From assembly GCA_965198065.1 (NCBI GenBank), contig CBDAON010000004.1, positions 2,528,001 to 2,592,000 on the forward strand: a stretch of DNA of 64,000 bases, read 5' to 3'. Within the stretch, counting starts at the first letter, position 1, and each line of letters starts with the position of its first letter. The notes beneath the pieces were generated by a model, which did no database searches, was not told where the DNA came from, and was given only the letters and a program-made list of their open reading frames with translations. The stretch is from Longimicrobiales bacterium (GTDB lineage Bacteria; Gemmatimonadota; Gemmatimonadetes; Longimicrobiales; Gaopeijiaceae). This document shows positions 56,310-64,000 of this stretch, one piece after another. The position numbers and the translations under genes were made by a program.

Positions 56310-57416
56310 ATGCTCTACCACTTCCTTCCTCGATTCACGGACGTCCACATCATCTTCAACCTCTTCAACTACCTCACCTTTCGCTCGGCCGGGGCGGTGG
56401 TGACGTCGCTCGTGGTCGCGTTCTTCCTCGGACCGTCCACCATCCGCTGGCTGCGCGCGCTCCGGGTCGGCGAGGTCGTGAGGAGCGAGGGTCCCGACAC
56501 GCACCTGAAGAAGGCGGGCACGCCCACGATGGGGGGAACCCTCATCGTGGTCTCCGCTTCGATCTCGACGCTTCTCTGGGCCGAGCTCACGAACTGGTAC
56601 GTCGTTCTCTCGCTCCTGTCCTTCCTTTGGATGGGGGCCATTGGGTTCATGGACGACTACCTGAAGGTCGTGCGCCATCGCGCCAAGGGGCTCGTGGCCC
56701 GTTACAAGATGATCGGGCAGCTCTCGTTCGGGCTGGTGCTCGGCGCGTTCCTGGTCTGGCAGCCAATCTCGCCCGTGCCGTCCACTTGGACGATGGTGCC
56801 GTTCTTTGACTCGTGGGTGGCCGCCTTCTGGCCTCCCGCGTACGTAGTGTTTGTCGCGCTCGTGGTGTCGGGCACCTCGAACGCGGTCAACCTGAGCGAC
56901 GGCCTGGACGGCCTGGCCGCCGGGCTCGGCGCGATCGCGCTCGTCACGTTCGGCGTCTTCGCGTATCTCATCGGGCGCGTGGACACCTCCGCGTACCTGG
57001 GGCTCTTCTACCTCCCGGGGTCGGGCGAGCTCGCCGTCTTCGCATCCGCCCTCGCCGGAGGCGCGGTGGGCTTCCTCTGGTACAATGCGCACCCGGCCGA
57101 GGTCTTCATGGGCGACACGGGCTCGCTCGCGATCGGGGGCGCGCTCGGGGTCCTCGCAATCCTCCTCAAGGCTGAGTTCCTGCTCCTCATCGTGGGCGGT
57201 GTGTTCGTCGCCGAGGCCGTCTCGGTGATGCTCCAGGTGGGCTGGTTTAAGCTCACGCGCGCGCGCACTGGCGAGGGGCGCCGTGTCCTCCTCATGGCTC
57301 CCGTCCACCACCACTTCGAGCGAGCCGGGTGGGCGGAGACGAAGGTCGTGGTCCGGTTCTGGATCCTCGGGATCCTCTGTGCTCTCGTCGCGTTCAGCAC
57401 GCTCAAGATCCGATGA
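56310..57416 (+). CDS. mraY: Phospho-N-acetylmuramoyl-pentapeptide transferase
   Basis: KAGTPTMGG, DDYLK, SNAVNLSDGLDGL, FMGDTGS, MAPVHHHFE. Confidence 0.98.
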   Translation: MLYHFLPRFTDVHIIFNLFNYLTFRSAGAVVTSLVVAFFLGPSTIRWLRALRVGEVVRSEGPDTHLKKAGTPTMGGTLIVVSASISTLLWAELTNWYVVLSLLSFLWMGAIGFMDDYLKVVRHRAKGLVARYKMIGQLSFGLVLGAFLVWQPISPVPSTWTMVPFFDSWVAAFWPPAYVVFVALVVSGTSNAVNLSDGLDGLAAGLGAIALVTFGVFAYLIGRVDTSAYLGLFYLPGSGELAVFASALAGGAVGFLWYNAHPAEVFMGDTGSLAIGGALGVLAILLKAEFLLLIVGGVFVAEAVSVMLQVGWFKLTRARTGEGRRVLLMAPVHHHFERAGWAETKVVVRFWILGILCALVAFSTLKIR

Positions 57417-58876
57417 GCCGCGACGAAGTCTCGATCATCGGCCTGGGGGCTAGCGGCGACGCCGCGGCCCGCCTGGCCCTCGCGAAAGGAGAGATGGTCT
57501 ATGTCTCCGACATCTCGACCCAGGCTCAGCCTTCAGTCGCTCGACGGGCTGGGGAGCTGGAGTCCCTGGGAGCCCGAGTGGAACTGGGATTCCACGATCT
57601 CACCCGGATCCAGGCCTCGCGGGTGGTGGTGGTATCTCCCGGAATCGCCTCCGACGCTTCGGTGCTCCACGAGCTCCGTGCGCGAGGCGTGCGATGGATT
57701 TCCGAGCCCGAGTTTGCCGTACGGTTCTACGCTGGTTCACTGATCGCGGTGACCGGAACAAACGGGAAGACCACGACGTCTGCCCTGACGGCCCACCTCT
57801 TGGAGGCGTCCGGGATTCCGGTGGCGCTCGGGGGGAACATCGGTGGAGGGATCGCGCCGCCGGCCTCGGAGCTCGCGCTTCGGGAGCCTCCGCCGGAGTG
57901 GTACGTGCTCGAGGTCAGCTCCTTCCAGCTTGCGGACACGGAGACGTTCGCGCCCGACATCGGCGTGCTCACGAACCTGGCCCCCGACCACCTGGATCGG
58001 TACCCGGACGCGGCGAGCTACTACGCCGACAAGAAGCGGCTGTACCGGAACGCGAAAGCCGCGGACCGCTGGGTCTTGAACGGGGATGACCCGGAGGCGC
58101 TCGCGCTTCCGGGAGACGCGCCCGGCGAGCGGTACCTCTTCTCGGCCGAGCCTCCCGGCGGTCGGGATCAGGACGCTGCCGCGGGATTCGCGGCAGCGTA
58201 TCTACGAGACGGAGCGTTGACGCTCCGCTTCCCATCGGAGACAGAAGTCTCGCTCACTTCCCGTGAAGAGCTTCCGCTCCTCGGGGCCCACAACGTCATG
58301 AACGCGCTCGCAGCTTCCCTCGCGGCGCGGCTCGCGGGCGCGGGCGTGGAGGGTGTCCGACGCGGGTTACGGAGCTTTCGGCTCCTCCCGCATCGCCTAG
58401 AGAAGTTGGGTGAGGTGGGGGGTGTCCTCTGGGTGAACGACTCGAAGGCGACGAACGTCGCAGCTGCCGCGCAGGCGGTCGAGAGCCTGGGGCGACCCGT
58501 CGTGGTGCTCCTGGGAGGGAAGGACAAGGGCGAGGACTTCCGACCCCTCGCGGAAGCGCTCTGGGGGCGCGCGCGCGCCGCGATTCTCTATGGCGCCGCC
58601 CGCGAACGGCTGCACGACGAGCTGTCACGTGCCCTCTTGGCGCCGCGGGGCGACAGCCGGGGCCGCATGTCCGCGGACGACGACGGGGGAACCCCACCCC
58701 TCCTCGTTCGAGTGGACGAGGGGTTTGCCCAGGCCGTGGCCGCGGCCGGGTCACTCGCCCGTCCGGGCGACGCGGTCCTCCTCTCTCCCGCGTGCTCCTC
58801 CTACGACCTGTTCGAGAGCTACGAGGAGCGCGGCCGGGCGTTTACCGAACTTGTCCGAGCCCGGGGGGCCGCGTGA
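57413..58876 (+). CDS. murD: UDP-MurNAc-L-Ala:D-Glu ligase
   Basis: GLGASG, VVSPGI, TGTNGKTTT, EVSSFQL, DHLDRY, NDSKATN, LSPACSSYD. Confidence 0.96.
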   Translation: MSRDEVSIIGLGASGDAAARLALAKGEMVYVSDISTQAQPSVARRAGELESLGARVELGFHDLTRIQASRVVVVSPGIASDASVLHELRARGVRWISEPEFAVRFYAGSLIAVTGTNGKTTTSALTAHLLEASGIPVALGGNIGGGIAPPASELALREPPPEWYVLEVSSFQLADTETFAPDIGVLTNLAPDHLDRYPDAASYYADKKRLYRNAKAADRWVLNGDDPEALALPGDAPGERYLFSAEPPGGRDQDAAAGFAAAYLRDGALTLRFPSETEVSLTSREELPLLGAHNVMNALAASLAARLAGAGVEGVRRGLRSFRLLPHRLEKLGEVGGVLWVNDSKATNVAAAAQAVESLGRPVVVLLGGKDKGEDFRPLAEALWGRARAAILYGAARERLHDELSRALLAPRGDSRGRMSADDDGGTPPLLVRVDEGFAQAVAAAGSLARPGDAVLLSPACSSYDLFESYEERGRAFTELVRARGAA

Positions 58877-60036
58877 GCGCGTTCGCTACGGATGTCGCCC
58901 GAAAGGCCGCGCCGCCGTTCGCCGATATGGGGATCGGCCGGGGGTGGGAGCCCGCCGCCCTCCTAGTGACCACGCTCCTCCTCGTCTCGTTCGGGCTCGT
59001 CACCCTGTACTCCGCGTCCGCGCTCCTCGCCCAGCGCCAGGACCTCCCGGACACGTTTTACGTGCTTCGGCAGGCCGTCGGGGTCGGGATCGGCCTCGTC
59101 CTCCTCGTCGTGTGCTCCCGTATCCCGCACGGATGGTGGCGGGCCCTGGCCTGGCCGGGCGTGTTCGCATCGTTCGTGCTCCTCGTCCTCATTGTGCTCC
59201 CGGCCACCGAGACTCTGGCGCCCGAGATAAACGGGGCTCGCCGCTCGCTCGATCTGGGGATGAGCTTCCAGCCAACCGAGCTGGCGAAGCTCGCGATATT
59301 GGTGTGGACGGCGCACACGGCGGTGCGAAAGAGCGAGCAGCTCCGGAGCCTGTCCCGTGGGTTCCTCCCGTTCCTCCTGGTCTGGGGAGCCCTCCTCACC
59401 CCGATCCTCCTCCAGCCGGATCTCTCGACAGCCTTCGTGGCCGGGCTCTGCGGTGCCGTCGTGCTCTTCGCGGCCGGAGGGCGGATCGCGCACTTCGTCC
59501 TCCTGAGCCTCGTCGTCGGCCCGCTCGTCCTAGCGCAGCTGGGCGAGGGTTTCCGCCAGGCGCGGATGATGGCTTTCGGCGACGTGGAGGAGTTCGCCGC
59601 CGCGGAGGGATACCAGGTACACCAGTCCCTCATCGCGATCGGATCGGGCGGGATCACGGGCGTGGGATTCGGTGAGGGACGCCAGAAATTCGGGTTCCTT
59701 CCGGAGCCCCACAACGACTTCATCTTCGCCATGATCGGAGAGGAGTGGGGGCTCCTCGGGGTCACCGTCCTGCTCGGACTCTACCTGACGTTGGTTCTCG
59801 TGGGGTTTCGGATCGCGCGCGGCGCCCCGGATCCGTTCGGTCAGCTCCTCGCGATCGGGATCACGAGCATGATCGCCCTCCAGGCGCTGCTGCACATCGG
59901 CGTGGGGCTCGGGGTCGTGCCCCCGACGGGCCTGTCGCTTCCGCTCGTGTCGTACGGCCGCTCGAACCTCCTCGTGAGCATGACCGGCGTGGGAATGCTC
60001 CTCTCGATCGGGAGGAGCATGAGGGGGTCGTCGTGA
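58873..60036 (+). CDS. ftsW: SEDS peptidoglycan polymerase FtsW
   Basis: NGARR, FQPTELAK, QPDL, YQ..QSL.AIGSGG, LPEPHNDFIFA.IGEE, LPLVSYG. Confidence 0.95.
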   Translation: MSAFATDVARKAAPPFADMGIGRGWEPAALLVTTLLLVSFGLVTLYSASALLAQRQDLPDTFYVLRQAVGVGIGLVLLVVCSRIPHGWWRALAWPGVFASFVLLVLIVLPATETLAPEINGARRSLDLGMSFQPTELAKLAILVWTAHTAVRKSEQLRSLSRGFLPFLLVWGALLTPILLQPDLSTAFVAGLCGAVVLFAAGGRIAHFVLLSLVVGPLVLAQLGEGFRQARMMAFGDVEEFAAAEGYQVHQSLIAIGSGGITGVGFGEGRQKFGFLPEPHNDFIFAMIGEEWGLLGVTVLLGLYLTLVLVGFRIARGAPDPFGQLLAIGITSMIALQALLHIGVGLGVVPPTGLSLPLVSYGRSNLLVSMTGVGMLLSIGRSMRGSS

Positions 60037-61181
60037 CGGACCGTGTCGTCGCCGTCTTTTCCGGGGGCGGAACCGGAGGCCATCTTTATCCGGCTCTCGC
60101 GCTCGCCCGGGCGCTCACCGAGCGCCGACCCGACGTGCACCCGTTCTTTATCGGGGCGCTGCGCGGGCTCGAGTCCCGAGTCTTTCCGGAGATGGGGGTC
60201 GAGCACCTCCTCGTTCCCGTGGAAGGGTTCCGGCGTGACGCCCTGCTCGCCAACGTTCGGATCCTCGCCCTCTTCGCCATGGCGCTGACGAGGGCCGCAA
60301 CCGCCTTCCACCGGCTCCGCCCGCACCTCGTCGTCGTGACGGGTGGGTACGCCGGCGGGCCGGCTGGGCTCGTCGCGGTCCTCACCGGGACGCGCCTCGT
60401 GCTCCAGGAGCAGAACGCGCTCCCGGGCGTCACCACGAGGTTCCTCTCCCTCTTCGCCCGGGAGGTTCACCTCGCCTATCCAGAATCCCTGGAAGGGCTC
60501 CCCACTACGTCGCGAAGGAAGGCGCTCGTGTCGGGGAACCCGGTCCGGGAGCCCGAGGCCGTGGACCGCGACGAGGCGGCAAGGGCCCTGGGTCTCGAGG
60601 CCGGGGGAAAGGTCGTCCTCGTCACGGGGGGAAGCCAGGGGTCCGAGGCGCTGAACGAGGCGGTGCTGGACGCCGTGACGCGGGTGCTCGGCGGGAGCCT
60701 GGCCCTTCCGGACGGCCTCCAGCTCCTCTGGGCCACGGGTCCGGAGCACGTGAGCGCCGTGGGAGAAGCGATTCGGGGGCTCGGGTCGCCTTCGTGGGTT
60801 CGCGCCGTCGGATACCTCGACCGGATGCCGCTCGCGCTCTCGCTCGCCCGGGTGGCCGTGAGCCGAGGGGGCGCAATGGCCACGTCCGAGTTTCTGGCCT
60901 GGGGTATCCCCTCGATCCTCGTGCCTCTGCCTACCGCGGCGGCCGACCACCAGAGCCGGAACGCCGCTGCGCTGAGCGACGCGGGAGCGGCGATACACCT
61001 ACCGCAGAGCGGGGCCACGGGTGAGGCGCTCTGGCGCGAGGTCACCGCTCTTCTAGGGGACTCCGGACGCTGGGAGCGGATGGCCCAGGCCGCGCGCGCG
61101 CGGGGTCGGCCCAGGGCCGCGCACGAGATCGCCGGCTCCCTCGAGCGGCACCTGCCGCCTGCCCGTGCTGGGGCCGGATGA
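60033..61181 (+). CDS. murG: Lipid II GlcNAc transferase
   Basis: GGGTGGHLYP, TGGY, EQN..PG, GNPVR, GGSQG, DHQ..NA. Confidence 0.96.
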   Translation: MTDRVVAVFSGGGTGGHLYPALALARALTERRPDVHPFFIGALRGLESRVFPEMGVEHLLVPVEGFRRDALLANVRILALFAMALTRAATAFHRLRPHLVVVTGGYAGGPAGLVAVLTGTRLVLQEQNALPGVTTRFLSLFAREVHLAYPESLEGLPTTSRRKALVSGNPVREPEAVDRDEAARALGLEAGGKVVLVTGGSQGSEALNEAVLDAVTRVLGGSLALPDGLQLLWATGPEHVSAVGEAIRGLGSPSWVRAVGYLDRMPLALSLARVAVSRGGAMATSEFLAWGIPSILVPLPTAAADHQSRNAAALSDAGAAIHLPQSGATGEALWREVTALLGDSGRWERMAQAARARGRPRAAHEIAGSLERHLPPARAGAG

Positions 61182-62635
61182 TGGTGGCAGCCCCCGTGTC
61201 GCCCGCGGAGGATCTGAGGATCCGGGAGCGCCTGGCCTCCGGGACGGTCCACTTCATGGGGATCTCGGGAGCGGGCATGTCGGCGCTGGCCGAGGCCATG
61301 GTCCGGCAGGGCGGGCGCGTGACCGGATGCGACTGGGCGCCCGGGCCGGCGGCCGAGCCGCTCGTTCGGCTAGGGGTCCGCGTGCACCCGTCGCACGACC
61401 CGGCCCATCTCGAGGGGGTCGGGACGCTGATCGTGACCCCGGCCGTGCCCGGGGATCACCCCGAGGTGGCGGAAGCCGGACGCCTGGAGATTCCGGTGAT
61501 CAAACGGGCTCGTGCCCTCGGGGCCTGGGTGAGCGGGGGGTCGGTCGTGGCCGTGGCCGGAACGCACGGGAAGACGACCACGACGACCATGGTCACCCAG
61601 ATCCTCGCGCGGAGCGGGATGGATCCAACCGGGTTCGTGGGCGGCTGGGTACCGGCGTGGAACGGACACCTCCGGGCCGGACGGGACGACCTCTTCGTTG
61701 TGGAGGCCGACGAGTACGACCGCTCCTTCCACCACCTTCGGCCCACGCTGGCGGTAGTCACGAACGTCGAGGCGGACCACCTGGACGTCTACGGAGACGT
61801 GCGCGGCGTGCGGGAGGGATTTCGGACTTTCCTCGAGGGGGTGCGGGCCGACGGCACCGTCGTGGCCTGCGCGGACGACCCGGGGGCATCGGCCCTCCTG
61901 GCCGGGACCGGTCTCGACGCCCGGACGTTCGGGTTCTCGGCGGGGAGCCAGGTGTGGGGGATCGAGCTTGAGAGCACACCTTCGGGCTCGCGCTTCCGTG
62001 TCCTTGAGGACGGCTTGGACTTGGGGCGAGTGGAGCTCCGGGTCCCGGGCTTGCACAACGCGAGGAACGCCCTGGGCGCTGCGACGGCCGCGCGGGTCCT
62101 GGGCGTCGAGTGGAGCCGGGTCCGGGCCGCCCTCGGCGATTTCCAGGGGGTGGCCCGCCGGTTCCAGACCTTGGGCGAGCGAGCGGACGTGGTCGTAGTG
62201 GACGATTACGCCCACCACCCGACCGAGCTGGTCGCGGCGCTCCAGACGGCCAGGGACAGCCATCCCGACCGCCGCCTCGTGGCCGTGTTCCAGCCCCACC
62301 TCTACACGCGCACGCGCGATTTCGGCCATGAGTTCGGCCGCGTCCTCGCCACCGCCGACGCCGTCTGGATCGCCGAGGTCTATCCGTCCCGGGAGGAACC
62401 CATCCCAGGCGTGGACGGCGCGTACATCAAGCGGCAGGTGGATGCTGCCGTCATGGGGGGCATGGGGAAAGCGGGCGAGGTCCGCGTGCACCGGGACCTC
62501 GCGACGCTCCCCGAGGCGCTCGCCGCCGCGCTGCGTCCCGGGGACCTCTGCCTCACGCTAGGGGCGGGCACGATCGAGCGGGTAGGGCCCGCGCTGCTCC
62601 AGCGGCTCCAGGCGAGGGAGGCCGCCCATGCGTAA
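61178..62635 (+). CDS. murC: UDP-MurNAc:L-Ala ligase
   Basis: HFMGISGAGMS, GTHGKTTTT, EADEYD, DDYAHHPTE, FQPHLYTRT. Confidence 0.97.
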   Translation: MMVAAPVSPAEDLRIRERLASGTVHFMGISGAGMSALAEAMVRQGGRVTGCDWAPGPAAEPLVRLGVRVHPSHDPAHLEGVGTLIVTPAVPGDHPEVAEAGRLEIPVIKRARALGAWVSGGSVVAVAGTHGKTTTTTMVTQILARSGMDPTGFVGGWVPAWNGHLRAGRDDLFVVEADEYDRSFHHLRPTLAVVTNVEADHLDVYGDVRGVREGFRTFLEGVRADGTVVACADDPGASALLAGTGLDARTFGFSAGSQVWGIELESTPSGSRFRVLEDGLDLGRVELRVPGLHNARNALGAATAARVLGVEWSRVRAALGDFQGVARRFQTLGERADVVVVDDYAHHPTELVAALQTARDSHPDRRLVAVFQPHLYTRTRDFGHEFGRVLATADAVWIAEVYPSREEPIPGVDGAYIKRQVDAAVMGGMGKAGEVRVHRDLATLPEALAAALRPGDLCLTLGAGTIERVGPALLQRLQAREAAHA

Positions 62636-63404
62636 GGGCGTCGGGATCCTCGTGCTGGTCACGGCCACGATGGCGGGGGCGCTCGGCGGCCCGTGGGTCG
62701 TCGAGCGGATCTCGGGAATCGAGCTGTTCCGGGTGACGGAGGTTGTGGTCGAGGGCGGGCACTATCTCACTGCCGAGGAAATCCGCAGCGTGGCGGCGGT
62801 CCCGCGCGGCGCGAGCCTCTGGGACGACCTGGCCCCCGTGCTCGAGCGGCTTCGGGCGCATCCGGGGATTCGAGACGCGAAGGCCGAGCGAAGGCCCCCG
62901 GGGACCGTCGTCCTCCTGATCGAGGAGCGGGAGCCGGTAGCGATGGTCCCGAGCCCGACCCTGACTCCCGTGGACGCCGAGGGAGCCGTCCTCCCCTTCG
63001 ATCCCGCGCTCGAGCGTCTCGACCTACCGCTCCTAAGCCCGAGACGCGAGGCCGTGCCAGGCGGGGTGGCGGAGGCCGGAGCGCCCCTCTCCCCAGCCGA
63101 GCTACGCGTGCTCACCGCCGAGCTCGATTGGCTGGGACGAACGCTGCCCGATCTGGTGGCGTACACGTCGGACGTGGCCCTGGACGATTGGGGGTCCGTC
63201 GTGCTCCACTTGGACCAGCCCCGCGTCCTTCTCAGGTATCCGCCACCCCTCTCGCCCCGGCGTCTTCAAGAGGCGCTCCTCGCGTTCGAGGACGCCGTAC
63301 GGCGGAACCCGGGGCACCCGCCGGTCGAGCTGGACCTCCGCTTCCAGGAGCAGGTGGTCGTGGGGTTCTCTCCCCCGCCGGCGCGCGGAGGAGTCGCCCC
63401 GTGA
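62628..63404 (+). CDS. ftsQ: Cell division protein FtsQ
   Basis: N-terminal TM helix, POTRA-like region, EREPVA, C-terminal DLRF; lies before ftsA. Confidence 0.88.
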   Translation: MRKGVGILVLVTATMAGALGGPWVVERISGIELFRVTEVVVEGGHYLTAEEIRSVAAVPRGASLWDDLAPVLERLRAHPGIRDAKAERRPPGTVVLLIEEREPVAMVPSPTLTPVDAEGAVLPFDPALERLDLPLLSPRREAVPGGVAEAGAPLSPAELRVLTAELDWLGRTLPDLVAYTSDVALDDWGSVVLHLDQPRVLLRYPPPLSPRRLQEALLAFEDAVRRNPGHPPVELDLRFQEQVVVGFSPPPARGGVAP

Positions 63405-64000
63405 GAGCCAGCCTGATCACGGGACTCGACATCGGGACCACGAAGACCAGCGCCGTCATCGCGGAGATGCCCGGGGACGGACGGCGGCCTTCCGAGCTCA
63501 AGGTTCTGGGCGTGGGGCAGGCCCGGACCTCCGGCGTGCGCCGGGAGGTTGTGACCCACATCGAGGAGACCACGGACACGATCCAGAAGGCCATCAAGGA
63601 AGCGGAGCTCATGGCCGGCGTGTCCGTAGATCGCGTCTGGTCGGGAATCGGGGGCGAGCACATCGAGTCGGGGGCCTCCCCCGGGGTGGTAGCGGTGGGA
63701 GAGGACGAGATCACGAGGAGCGACCTCCGGCGGGTGCACGAGGTCGCGCAGGCCGTCGCGCTTCTCCCCGATCGGGAGCTCCTCCACGCGATTCCGCAGG
63801 AGTACGTCGTGGATCGCCAGCGGGGCATCAAGGACCCGATCGGGATGTCGGGGGTCCGGCTCGAGGCCGAGGTCTACCTCGTGACCGGATCGGCTTCTGT
63901 GGCCGGAAACATCCGGAAGGCCGTCTCCCGTGCCGGATACCGGGTCCAGGGGCTGGTCCTGTCTCCGCTCGCCGCGGTGCGGGCCGTCCTCACCGAGGAC
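63401..64000 (+). CDS. ftsA: Cell division protein FtsA (3' partial)
   Basis: GTG after GGAGG; LITGLDIGTTK, AIKEAELMAG, LLHAIPQEYVVD, DPIGMSGVRLE; runs off the window. Confidence 0.95.
   Translation, partial: MRASLITGLDIGTTKTSAVIAEMPGDGRRPSELKVLGVGQARTSGVRREVVTHIEETTDTIQKAIKEAELMAGVSVDRVWSGIGGEHIESGASPGVVAVGEDEITRSDLRRVHEVAQAVALLPDRELLHAIPQEYVVDRQRGIKDPIGMSGVRLEAEVYLVTGSASVAGNIRKAVSRAGYRVQGLVLSPLAAVRAVLTED

Noticed and set aside
62628..62635. murB and ddl absent between murC and ftsQ; tlyA absent between dxs and nadK
   Set aside because: Common lineage-level variation; the genes may lie elsewhere.

Overview
High-GC bacterial chromosomal window; gene content and protein style suggest Gemmatimonadota (inference). 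It has four parts. (1) 1-9031: housekeeping operon xseA-xseB-ispA-dxs-nadK-recN, a convergent uncharacterised envelope gene and a tRNA-Gly/tRNA-Cys pair. (2) About 9032-30450: an integrase-less, decayed accessory region starting at tRNA-Cys and containing a lone tRNA-Val. It is a mosaic of IS3 and IS256 remnants and gene fragments (ADOP permease, blaI/blaR1, mobC, cadherin, HTH, Ser/Thr kinase, attC-type cassette). The few intact genes are a fused restriction-modification enzyme coupled to a DUF433/DUF5615-type toxin-antitoxin pair, a TonB-dependent receptor, a DUF5916-type outer-membrane protein and a 58-aa basic protein. (3) 30450-49400: transporters, an ECF sigma/anti-sigma/PDZ operon, glpD, a hybrid kinase, thiO, and the best candidate for an undescribed system: a four-gene periplasmic redox/outer-membrane module (di-haem c lipoprotein, Tat Rieske lipoprotein, porin, PQQ-type sugar dehydrogenase) behind tandem DtxR/MntR-like operators. 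(4) 49500-64000: canonical dcw cluster from mraZ to a partial ftsA. All family calls come from motif recognition by eye; no searches were run.
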